A DNA stretch of 64,000 nt. It comes from Nitrospirota bacterium. GTDB lineage: Bacteria > Nitrospirota > Nitrospiria > Nitrospirales > Nitrospiraceae. Shown here piece by piece: positions 52,957 to 64,000 of this stretch. Under the pieces are notes generated by a model that saw only the letters and a program-made list of their open reading frames with translations, did not search any database and was not told the origin of the DNA. Position 1 is the stretch's first letter. Each line of letters starts with the position of its first letter. The position numbers and the translations under genes are program-made. The stretch spans positions 217,171 to 281,170 of the forward strand of contig CAVPBK010000011.1 of the NCBI GenBank assembly GCA_963701855.1, in the 5' to 3' direction.

Positions 52957-53187
52957 ATGGAAGACGACCGAGACAAAAGACCGATGCTGTACCTCGCGCT
53001 CTCGGAAGAGGAGTTTGCGCACTATGAGCGGCGCGCCGAGGCAGCGGGTCGAACGCTCGAAGATCAGCTTCGCTATGAGCTGGGGGTCAGTTTGGGACTA
53101 ACGGTGCCGACCCCCGGCGATCTCGAAGCCACGCAACGCGGCCAGTTCTTCCGCCGCCAGCGCGCGCACCAACCGCTCTGGGGCTGA
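52957..53187 (+). CDS. Small RHH-like protein
   Basis: AAGGAGG RBS; LYLALSEEEF...ERRAEAAGRTLEDQLRY. Confidence 0.65.
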   Translation: MEDDRDKRPMLYLALSEEEFAHYERRAEAAGRTLEDQLRYELGVSLGLTVPTPGDLEATQRGQFFRRQRAHQPLWG

Positions 53188-53210
53188 CAAGCAGAAAGGC
53201 CGGTGACTCC

Positions 53211-54479
53211 ATGTACGAGACCTTCCACGATCTCATCCTCGGCTATCTCGACACGCTGAAAGGGCGGCACTCCTATATCAATACCTCGTATGTCGTGGCC
53301 CCCTGGATTCTCACGCTGGATCGCACCCCGACCCGTCAAGACATCCTCGCGCGTCATCGCGCCAAAGGCATTGGGCATTGTCAGGCTGGGGCGACGGCGG
53401 CAAACTCTGAACTCAAAGTCATGCGTGCCGCATTCCGGTGGGGCACCTATCAGGAGGTCTGGACAGGCGGCGACCCGACCTTCGGCATCAAGCCATGGAA
53501 GACACCGGGACGAGAGGAGATTTTGAAGCATCAACAGATTGCGACCCTGCTCACGCATTTTCGTCAGGCCACGACGGACACCGCGATCCGTGATCGGGCC
53601 TTGTTCGGGTTGTGTCTCTTCACCGGCTCGCGTCCCATCGAAGGGCGCACGGCCTTGCTCACGGATATTGATCCCTACGGCACCATGGGCTGTTGGAAGA
53701 AAGCGAAAACGAAAAATGGGAAGCGTCATCAAATTCCGATTCCCTCGCAGCTCATGGGCTGGCTGGAGGACTGGAAATCGATTCGACCCACTTATAGACC
53801 GAACCCCTACCTGTTCCCTGGCCAGGGATTCAATAAGCCGTTAGGCGCAGCCATGATGGTCTGGCGCTGGGATGCGATCAGGACCGAACTGAAGTTTGAC
53901 GGCCTGTGGAATTATGATCTCCGGCGCACGCTTGTGTGCTATCTCTCTGATGAATTGGGCTATGACAGCTCGATGATTCGCGCGATTCTTAATCACAAAG
54001 AGAAAGGGGCGCTCGGACATTATCTCCATAAATCCTTCGACTCCCTCACCAAGCCGATTCAGCACTATGCGGACTGGCTCTGGGGGTTGAGTGGCGCGCC
54101 CTCGCTCCCCCCACCGGCGGCCCTGTCGTCTGACGCACGCAGGCTGGGGACCCTGTCGAAGCGAGAACGCGAGGTCCTGTCCCATTTTGCGCAGGGTGAC
54201 TCGTCGTGCCGACGCATCGCGGCGCAGTTGAAGATCTCATGTAGTGCCGTCGAATCGTACCGATCGCGTCTCTCAAACAAACTCCAACTGAAGACCTCCA
54301 TCGAATTGATTCACTTTGCCCGTGCGCATGAGGGCGAGGCCACCGTGTCTATACCTAACCAGGCCCCGCCTCCTCCCGTGGTGGCGCCGGTGGTCATGGA
54401 TCGCCCGGTGATGCATGGACCTGTGCAGACGGTTCACCTGTCACGCTGGGGCCTGGAGCGCGAGGAATGGCCGGGATGA
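53211..54479 (+). CDS. Tyrosine recombinase with a C-terminal LuxR-type HTH
   Basis: TGSR, KTKNG, YDLRRT, LNH and HY, followed by LSKREREVL...IAAQLKIS...VESYRSRLSNKL. Confidence 0.82.
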   Translation: MYETFHDLILGYLDTLKGRHSYINTSYVVAPWILTLDRTPTRQDILARHRAKGIGHCQAGATAANSELKVMRAAFRWGTYQEVWTGGDPTFGIKPWKTPGREEILKHQQIATLLTHFRQATTDTAIRDRALFGLCLFTGSRPIEGRTALLTDIDPYGTMGCWKKAKTKNGKRHQIPIPSQLMGWLEDWKSIRPTYRPNPYLFPGQGFNKPLGAAMMVWRWDAIRTELKFDGLWNYDLRRTLVCYLSDELGYDSSMIRAILNHKEKGALGHYLHKSFDSLTKPIQHYADWLWGLSGAPSLPPPAALSSDARRLGTLSKREREVLSHFAQGDSSCRRIAAQLKISCSAVESYRSRLSNKLQLKTSIELIHFARAHEGEATVSIPNQAPPPPVVAPVVMDRPVMHGPVQTVHLSRWGLEREEWPG

Positions 54480-54535
54480 TGGACGCTCCTGGACAGAATT
54501 AGAGGAAACTGAGCAATGGGACAGGGTGAGGGACG

Positions 54536-54685
54536 CTATACCGGCTTCACGAGACTCAGCAGCTCAATGGCGCTGTATTCGATGATGTCTCGATCCTCTG
54601 CCCCCAGCATGCCATGCTCCACTAGGGCCTTGATCGATTCGCAGGCGTGGATGAAATCCATGGCCTCTTTCCCATAGGAAATCAT
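54536..54685 (-). CDS. 49-aa hypothetical protein
   Basis: AGGAG RBS; MISYGKEAMDFIHACESIKALVEHGMLGAEDRDIIEYSAIELLSLVKPV. Confidence 0.5.
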   Translation of the reverse strand: MISYGKEAMDFIHACESIKALVEHGMLGAEDRDIIEYSAIELLSLVKPV

Positions 54686-54808
54686 AGGGTCTCCTGTAAA
54701 AGTAACAAGGAGTGAGCAGAAGGCATACGTATTCTAACAACCAATTTCCAAACAGAGGTATCAGGCGTCCTTAGTAAGGGGTACTCATATGTTGGAAGGG
54801 AGGATCAC

Positions 54809-55896
54809 ATGGGCATGTTCTACAAACGAGGCGAGGTCTTTTGGATCAAATACTATAGCAGCGGCAGGCCGATTCGGGAAAGCACCGGCACGACAAAGCA
54901 AAAGGAGGCGGAACGGTTCTTGAAAGACCGTGAGGGCCGCGTGGCGATGGGCGCGCCGATCCTGCCGAAGGTGCAGCGGACCACGGTCGGCGACATTGCT
55001 AACCGACCTCAAGGCGCACTATGAAACAACGGGCCAGCGGACCTTGCGCGAAGCCGAAACACGGTTCATCCCGTTGCGGCAATTCTTCACGGGCCGACGG
55101 GCGAACGCGATCAGCGGCGATGTTCTGACGGCCTACATCCAACATCGGCAAGTCGGCGGCCTGTCTAATGGCACCATCAACCGTGAACTCAGCGTCCTTG
55201 GCACGGCCTACAAACTGGGCATGGAGCACGGGAAGGTGGTCCGCCGGCCCGTCATTCATCTACTGAAAGAGGCGCGAGCCACGGCAAGGCTTCTTTGAGG
55301 ACGCCAGTTCCAGGCAGTCCGAAAACATCTGCCGGAGGATCTCCGGGTGCGCCGTCACCATCATGTGGTTGTATGGATGGCGGCGCAGCGAAGTGATGTC
55401 GTTGCAGTTGGGCCAGATCGATCTTGAGGCGGGCACGTTCCGCTTAGAACCCGGCTCGACGAAAAACGGAGACGGACGAGTCGTCTATATGACGCCAGAA
55501 TTGAAGACGCTCATCTCCGCGCAGATCGGGCGAGTGAAAGTCCTGTCACGTCGGTTGGGACGTGTGCTGCCCCAGCTGTTCGTCCATCTGCGTGGCTGCT
55601 ATACTGGGCAGCCCGTGTACGATTTTAGAAAAGCTTGGTCACACGCCTGTGAGCGAGTGGGATTGGTCGGCATGTTGCGACACGATTTCAGGCGCTCGGC
55701 GGTCAGAAATATGGAACGCGCTGGCGTACCTCGATCCGTAGCGATGAAGATTTCAGGTCACAAAACCGAGAGCATCTATCGACGCTATGCGATCGTGAGC
55801 GAATCCGACATTCAGGACGCAACGCGTCGACTCCTCGGGCACAATTTGGGCACACTCCCCTCCCACTCGGTTGACATCACGCACGTAAGTGGGTGA
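54809..55896 (+). pseudogene. int: Island tyrosine integrase with ~4 single-base indels
   Basis: YKRGEVFWIKY..RESTG, TINREL, GWRRSE, TKNG, HDFRR, ISGHKT and RY across successive frames; adjacent to attR. Confidence 0.9.
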
Positions 55897-55900
55897 TATT
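55871..55900 (+). promoter_or_regulatory. Element-borne promoter candidate for tRNA-Thr
   Basis: TTGACA-N17-TGATAT (or N18-GATATT), ending 8-9 nt before the tRNA and overlapping the int stop. Confidence 0.6.
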
Positions 55901-55908
55901 CCTCGCAG

Positions 55909-55983
55909 GCTGGCGTAGCTCAATGGCAGAGCAGCGGTTTTGTAAACCGCAGGTTGGAGGTTCAATTCCTCTCGCCAGCTCCA
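55909..55983 (+). tRNA. tRNA-Thr (TGT)
   Basis: Acceptor GCTGGCG/CGCCAGC, anticodon arm GCGGT-TTTGTAA-ACCGC, GGTTCAATTCC T-arm and encoded CCA. Confidence 0.97.
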
Positions 55984-56029
55984 CAATTTCCGCTGACGAT
56001 TCAACCTGTTCGCGGCTTGCAGAACCGCT

Positions 56030-56133
56030 GCTCTCCCCTGTCAATTCGGCGAGTGTAACCGTAAGTGTAACCATCTTTGCTTTTTCCCGCTCAAAGTAGG
56101 CAGTCATCGACTTTGCAGCCTGTTCAAGGTCTG
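56030..56133 (-). pseudogene. Possible C-terminal remnant of a second integrase
   Basis: TDLEQAAKSMTAYF...VTLTVT with an AGTGTAACC direct-repeat pair; cut by the IS3 end. Confidence 0.5.
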
Positions 56134-57060
56134 TGGGCTGCTGCTGGTTTAGGGGACACCCACTTACGCGAATTCGGCCTTCATTTCGAACTCCATGGGA
56201 CTGAGATATCCCAGCGTAGAGTGCCTCCGCCGAGGATTGTAGAAACACTCGATGTACTCGAACACATCGGCCTTGGCCTGCGCTCGGGTGCGGTACATCT
56301 TCGCGGCCGTGCGTTCGGTCTTCAGCGAGGAGAAGCAGCTTTCCATCACCGCATTGTCCCAGACGTTGCCCGCCCGGCTCATACTACAGGTGACGCCGTG
56401 GTCGGCCAGGAGACGCTGAAACGGCTCACTCGTATACTGGCTCCCTCGATCGGAGTGATGCAGCACGGGGTGGGGCGTGCCCCGCCGCCAGATCGCCATC
56501 ACCAATGCATCGGTGACCAGCTGCGCGGTCATCGTCGCACTCATAGACCACCCGACCACCCGTCGCGAGAAGAGATCAATGACCGCGGCGACGTAGAGCC
56601 AGCCCTCGGCGGTCCAGAGATACGTGAAGTCGGCGACCCATTTGCGGTTTGCCGACGCGGCGTCGAACGTCCGGTTGAGCACATTCGGCGCCACGGCGTT
56701 CGTCGAGCGGACCCCAGTGTCCGATGGTATCCGTCGCCGTCTGGGGCGGGCGCGCAAGGCGACGTGCCGCATCAGCCGCTCAATGCGATGGAGGCCACAG
56801 GCGATGCCCTCCACAAGCATGTCGTGCCAGACCCGCTGCGCGCCGTAGGTGCGATCGCTGGTGAGGAAGCTGGCCCGTACTCGGATCAGCAACGGCTCGT
56901 CGGCCCGCGCCCGGACACTTGGCGGCCGGGTCCGCCAGGCATAGAAGCCTGCACGCGAGACACCGAGCGCCTCACACAACCATCCCGCCGGCCAAATTCC
57001 CAGGTGCTTCGCGATGAAGGCGAACGTCACAGCGCCTCCTGTGCGAAGTAGGCCGCGGTG
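56134..57060 (-). mobile_element. Truncated IS3-family element (orfB 56164-57030; only the orfA tail remains)
   Basis: DDE motifs WVADFTY, HHSDRGSQY, DNAVMES and YNPRRRHS; orfA end AYFAQEAL*; TG terminus at 56134. Confidence 0.9.
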
Positions 57061-58285
57061 GGTTCAAGCGGTGAGAGCAACACTTGCCTCCAATATAGCC
57101 GCCGGCGTCTGAAACCCCAACGTCTTCCGCGGACGTTGATTCAAGCGTAACGCGATCATGTTCAAGTCTGCCTGGGAGTAGCGTGACAGGTCTGGTGCCT
57201 TTCGGGAAGTACTGCCGCAGCAAGCGGTTCGTATTTTCGTTCGTGCCCCGCTGCCAGGGGCTTTGCGGGTCACAAAAATAGACCTGCACCTTGGTATCGA
57301 TCGTCAATCGTTTGTGCTGGGCCAATTCCATCCCGCGATCCCAGGTTAACGACCGGCGCAATACTGAGGGCAGTTGCCGGACCTGCCTGCTCAGCGCCGT
57401 CACCACGCTGGTCGTGTCTTTCCCCGGCACCTTCACCAGCATCGTGAAGCGTGACTGCCGTTCCACCAAGGTGGCGATGTGCGTATTCTTTGCCCCCGCA
57501 ATCAAGATCCCCTTCCCAGTGACCAGGAATCGCCCGGTCTTCTATCTCAGCGGGACGGTCGCGGATGGAGACACCATCAACGATCTGCCCGCGTGGCTGA
57601 CCAGCCGTACTGCGCACGTTGTGCCCGCCGCATCATGCGCCGGGATCGGAGATGCCCAATTAATTCCTTCTTGAGCACCCCTCGGGCTTGAATGAACAAG
57701 CTGCGGTAGATTGTTTCGTGGGAGACCCGCATGGTGCCCTGCTCTGGAAATGCCCGCTTGAGCCACCCCGCTATTTGTTCGGGCGACCAATCCAATGTCA
57801 ATTTGCTCGCGACGATCTGCTGGAGCGTGGGGGAGGTGGCGAGCCGACAGGGCTTGGGGCGTCGCGTGTGCGCCCAGGCCTGCGCGTCGGCCTCAGCGGC
57901 GCGATATGTGTGCGCCCCACCACAGCGGGTGATTTCCCGGCTGACGGTCGACGGCGCTCGACCGAGCGTAGCGGCGATCTGCCGGATGGAGCGCGCCGTC
58001 GCCATGCCCCGCGAAATCTCTTCTCGCTCCGCCAGTGTCAGCGCCCAGCGCGATCGCCTGCGCACAGGAGGAATGAACCCGCCGTTTGATGACACCACAC
58101 CATGAATCGATCCTGCGTGCTTGCCGAGCGCCCGGCCGATCTCGCTTAACGACTGCCCCTGTTTCCATCGCTGCCACAGGTCTGCTTTCTGGGCCGCAGA
58201 CAAGCCCGGACGTCCCATCTGTCCCATCACGATCACCCTCCAACTCCACTCTACCCCAGAGGGTGTTGCGTTGATCGCTTGAACC
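57061..58285 (-). mobile_element. IS30-family element; transposase has three +1 frameshifts
   Basis: IRs GGTTCAAGCG..GCAACAC / GTGTTGC..CGCTTGAACC; WSPEQI, SHETIY, GHWEGD, TWDRG.E and RGTNENTN. Confidence 0.92.
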
Positions 58286-58520
58286 TACCATTCAAACGCT
58301 GGAAGCTGTTAAAGATCACATTCAATTCTGTCAGAACGAGAAATGCACTAATCCGTTCGTTCGTAATAGAAGGCAAGATTACCGCTCTCCTCGCTGTCGT
58401 GACACAGTAAACAAGCGCAACCACTATCGGAAGAAAGCCAGAGAAAAAATAGCTCCTGAACAGCCATCCGATCCTTGACACCTCCCCCACTGACGGCCTA
58501 GCCTTCAACATACATACATC

Positions 58521-59216
58521 ATGTGTGGACGCTTTTCCCAAACCGCCTCGCCTGAAGTTATCGCTCAACAGTTTTCCCTCAACGATCCACCTCTGTTCAA
58601 ACCTCGCTACAACATCGCTCCTTCTCAGTCCATTGCGGCTATACGGATTGAACGAGACACCACCACCCGCAAACTTGTCATGCTCCGTTGGGGCCTGATC
58701 CCGTCCTGGGCCAAAGATGCGAAGATCGGAAACCAGTGTATCAATGCGAAAGCTGAGACCGTGGCAGAGAAACCGTCCTTTCGATCTGCGTTCAAGAAAC
58801 GTCGTTGTTTGGTCATTGCAGATGGGTTTTATGAGTGGCAGCGGCAAGGCGCACACAAGCAACCCATGTGGATCGGCCTGCGGAGTAAACGGCCTTTCGC
58901 GTTTGCGGGCTTGTGAGAATACTGGAAGCCAGTCGAAGGGGAACCGCTAGAGACCTGCACGATCATCACCACTGAACCGAATGAACTGATGCAACTAATT
59001 CACAATCGAATGTCGGTCATTCTCGCCTCTGCTTCCTACGACTAATGGCTTGACCCCACATTCCAGCACATCGAATCACTCAATGCCTTGCTTCGTCCGT
59101 ATCCGAGTGAAGAACTAACCGCCTTCCCTGTAAGTACCCTCGTCAATAACCTCCGCCACGATGCCCCGCTCTGCATAGGAAACTGCACAGTACAGCGCAT
59201 CGTTGCCAACGTGTGA
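58521..59216 (+). pseudogene. SOS response-associated peptidase (SRAP/YedK) with two in-frame stops
   Basis: MCGRF, RYNIAP, WGLIP, INAKAET and GFYEW; TGA at 58914 and TAA at 59043; the frame continues IHNRM.VIL...WLDP. Confidence 0.9.
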
Positions 59217-59482
59217 GGCTGGGGAGACACGGAGAAGCCCCACCATCCGCCACACTCAAAACGCTGGGGGGAAAGGGGGGATGGCCGATGGTGCCGCCCT
59301 CGATATACCCTCTCGGATTTTTTGGAATTTTTCTTTTCCTGCCCGCTTGAAGAGAAGGGTGTGAGTCAACGGGTAGTCCCTGCACCGTCAGCTACCCGCC
59401 TACGTAGCCTTACGCGATGTCACCTCATTAGATGGATATATTTCCTATTCTTAAATAGTGAGCCGAGTGATACCGTTAGGAC

Positions 59483-59701
59483 ATGACAAAGAGTGAGGCC
59501 GCCAACCTCCACGCGAAGTGGAACAAGCAAGGCCACGCACCATCATCGTATGAGCATCTGAGCCAGGAAGCTGGGCACATCGAACAAAGTGATGCTGGGT
59601 ATGTGACAAGCACGTATCATTGCCGCCAATGTGGGGAAGAGATTGTACGAATCTACAAAGCGATAACCCCCAACGAACCCCCAGATCAACTGAGCCGCTA
59701 A
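59483..59701 (+). CDS. Zn-finger microprotein of the same family as 42067-42962
   Basis: EAA.L..KW......YEHL..E.......G.VTSTYHCRQCGE; first Cys replaced by Tyr. Confidence 0.6.
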   Translation: MTKSEAANLHAKWNKQGHAPSSYEHLSQEAGHIEQSDAGYVTSTYHCRQCGEEIVRIYKAITPNEPPDQLSR

Positions 59702-59968
59702 CATCACACGCTTCGTAGATGCTACTCGCGCAACTCCCCAAAAGGCCTTGCACCGTCAACGGCGTTGCCTTCCACCCGATTGTTGTCCAGGACATACGTG
59801 CGCCGACAGCCTGGCGCACCAGCTGCACCGAAACATTCTGGCTCCTGGCAGGTTTCGTAGGCCATTTCTTACATCAAAACTAGGGCATTTCCTAGTTCTG
59901 CACATCACCCTCTCCTGTTACCATGCACGGTAACCCGCGCACCTCACTTCAACCGGAGGTCTCACGCC

Positions 59969-60226
59969 ATGCTACCCATAGAAGAAGCGATTCTTGAAAA
60001 GCTGCAGAGTGGTCCACGCTGTTTTGATGAAGTCGTCTCGGCCCTTCCTAATTTCAGTTGGGGGGAGGTATTCGGCGCTGTAGATTGCATGTCGAGGGAC
60101 AGGCGGGTATTCCTTCGTCAAGTCGGTTTCTCGACCTATCAGATTTCACTCGGGGCGCGACGTACAGAATTTCGTTCACCCTCACCCACAAGTGCGAACG
60201 GGGTGCAAGCAAGTCTGAGCGGATAG
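59969..60226 (+). CDS. Small hypothetical protein, paralog of 39804-40070
   Basis: GGAGG RBS; EAILEKL...LPNFSWGEVFGAVDCMSR. Confidence 0.7.
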   Translation: MLPIEEAILEKLQSGPRCFDEVVSALPNFSWGEVFGAVDCMSRDRRVFLRQVGFSTYQISLGARRTEFRSPSPTSANGVQASLSG

Positions 60227-60428
60227 ACTTTGGCACGCGATGGGCTGCTATGACCAAGGCGGCGAGGTAGCCCACCCCGGTGATGTAATAGCGTGGCGTT
60301 GGGATCAGAGAAACCGCTCTGGAAGCCCTGTGCGGTCATACTCGCCTCCGGTATGTATGCAGTGCGACCATAGCGGAACCTGAAATAAACGGCTCGGCTC
60401 CGAAAGGGACCCTGCGAGGTGCACTACC

Positions 60429-60818
60429 ATGGCGAAGGTGCTCGTTATTGATGATCAGCCTAACGTGCGAGCTCTCCTCGACATGATCCTTCGCTCAAAG
60501 GGGTATGGTGTGATTCTCGCTGACAACGGGCGGACGGGGTTGCAGCTTTATCACCAAGAACGTCCCGATGTCATTCTTCTTGATCTGAACATGCCGGAGT
60601 TCGATGGGGTCACAGTCTTAACACAGATACGTAGTGTCGATCTCAACCAGCCGGTAATTGTGTTGACGGGAGACAGCACCCCTCAGGCGGAGCGGCAGGT
60701 TCGTGCGCTGGGGGTGACCGATTTCATAGTGAAAGGCTCCTCATTGCGTCCCTTGGAAGACACGTTAAAGCGCCTTTTCGGCGCTCCCACGCCTGCGACG
60801 GTGGCTGAAGCTGGCTGA
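60429..60818 (+). CDS. Single-domain response regulator (CheY-like)
   Basis: VLVIDD, LLDLNMPEFDG, VLTG and FIVK. Confidence 0.92.
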   Translation: MAKVLVIDDQPNVRALLDMILRSKGYGVILADNGRTGLQLYHQERPDVILLDLNMPEFDGVTVLTQIRSVDLNQPVIVLTGDSTPQAERQVRALGVTDFIVKGSSLRPLEDTLKRLFGAPTPATVAEAG

Positions 60819-60937
60819 CTCTCTTGCGCCTTCCTTCGCATCCCTCCTACAAGACGCCTCCGCGTTACTCTGGCGATCAAAAGGTTGACATTAATTTCCT
60901 AGGTTGGCAAGGTTGAATCCCACAGGAGGAACTCGCC

Positions 60938-61150
60938 ATGCGTAACCGTCTACTACTTTGCCTCTTGATATTCGCCAGTCTTGGAATATTCTTGATCGGG
61001 CTTCCACCAGTGGCAAAGGAGACCAACCAGAAGCCACCAGCGAGTGAGGATGTGAAGAAGCAAGTTGAGGAAGCTAAGCCAGACAATAGGCCGGAATGTA
61101 CAGGAATGAAGGCGCAATCGAGACCTGCATCGGAAACCTGCTTACACTGA
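60938..61150 (+). CDS. Small exported protein
   Basis: AGGAGG RBS, signal-like N-terminus and two Cys. Confidence 0.55.
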   Translation: MRNRLLLCLLIFASLGIFLIGLPPVAKETNQKPPASEDVKKQVEEAKPDNRPECTGMKAQSRPASETCLH

Positions 61151-61312
61151 GTGGGTGAGCATGGACTCGCCAGCAATGAAAGAGACCACTCCCACCACCT
61201 CCGATCCTTGCGCCATCGTTCGCATTCCTCCTACAATGCGCCTCCTGCGAGGTCCGCATGCCCTCCACTTCAGACCACTCCTCAAGCTGCCACTGGCCTA
61301 TTAGATTACGGA

Positions 61313-61717
61313 ATGAGAGAAATTAGGTTCAAGTCCTGTCGGGTGACCCTTGATCTCGCCACTTGTCTGTGCGCTTTTTTGTTAGTCACGTCCGGTTGTG
61401 TCCCTCTGCCAGGACTAGAGGTTTTCAATGCATATATGAACAAGAAACTCGAAATAAAACAGAATGTCACTGACATTCAAGATGGCTTCAGAAGTGCCGA
61501 TACCGATTTTTTTATTGGTCTCGCACTTTCTGGTGGAGGGAGCCGAGCCACGAATTTCGGGTCTGCTGTTCTATGGGAACTCGACCGTCTCGGCATTCTC
61601 CAGCATGTACAGTACATTTCGACCGTATCAGGCGGTTCCCTCGCAGGTGCGTATTATGTCACGTTTAGAGATGACCCGTTGAAGTGGAATAAACAAAACC
61701 TTCAGCAGGTTATGTCA
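61313..61717 (+). pseudogene. Patatin-like phospholipase lipoprotein interrupted by IS21
   Basis: TSGC lipobox, GLALSGGGSRA and STVSGGS; ends at the IS21 left end. Confidence 0.82.
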
Positions 61718-61859
61718 TGTCAGTAATCATGTGAAACTCCCCCTCTGCGATCATCTGAAATTCTCCCCTCCGACACCACCAAGGAGGAGGGACATGTCTG
61801 AACCACATATGAATCCGGTAGGCTCCGATCTCTGTGCACCCTATAGGAGAGAGGAGCCG

Positions 61860-63898
<2,039 letters not shown>

Positions 63899-64000
63899 AC
63901 GGCGCGAGGACCGACGATCGGAAGGCGGTCCGACCTACGGGTCGCCCCGATAGAGACCATTCATCACCGGGAGGGGGGAATTTCACGTGATCGCACTGGG

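Larger units (their letters stand above)
41354..55948. mobile_element. ~14.6-kb integrated phage-satellite (PICI-like) element
   Basis: 40-bp direct repeats, terminal integrase, HTH/Xis genes, primase-helicase, iterons and TerS; no capsid or tail genes recognised. Confidence 0.82.

Noticed and set aside
55884..56169. 12-bp inverted match CGTAAGTGGGTG between the int end and the IS3 end
   Set aside because: It is short and one copy lies in the IS terminal region, so it is likely chance.
58914..58916. TGA recoding (Trp/Sec) in SRAP
   Set aside because: TGA is a normal stop in many genes here, and a second TAA stop follows.
60225..60420. Sigma54 promoter or riboswitch before the response regulator
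   Set aside because: TGGCACG is present but the -12 TTGC is not, and I recognised no riboswitch consensus.

Overview
This window is bacterial chromosome, most likely Nitrospira. That assignment is an inference from the gene content and the intergenic repeat families. (1) 1-17.4 kb, minus strand: an exopolysaccharide locus with two Wza, an outer-membrane barrel, Wzc, an RfaH-like factor, acetyltransferase, DegT aminotransferase, GT2, an NDP-sugar dehydrogenase-like protein, a deacetylase-GT4 fusion, and gmd/fcl with a four-helix-bundle gene between them. (2) 17.5-28.3 kb: a type II secretion cluster, C-E-F-G-H-I-J-N-L-M-K, with no gspD. (3) 28.6-40.7 kb: a phosphate-starvation region with Slp, an OprO/P-like porin, pstSCAB-phoU, PsiE and Pho-box arrays. 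(4) 41.35-55.95 kb: a ~14.6-kb phage-satellite-like island that duplicates the 5' half of tRNA-Thr(TGT) and apparently supplies the tRNA with a new promoter. Its cargo includes tandem Zn-finger microproteins, IHF, an RHH switch and a tyrosine recombinase-LuxR fusion. (5) 56-64 kb: a decayed region with a second integrase remnant, IS3, IS30, IS21 and pseudogenes. Gene junctions in the EPS and T2SS loci carry inverted short-repeat hairpins and MITEs related to the flanks of the four-helix-bundle gene. Several genes have single-base frameshifts, mostly insertions, that may be sequencing errors. All family assignments come from motif recognition by eye; no database searches were run.
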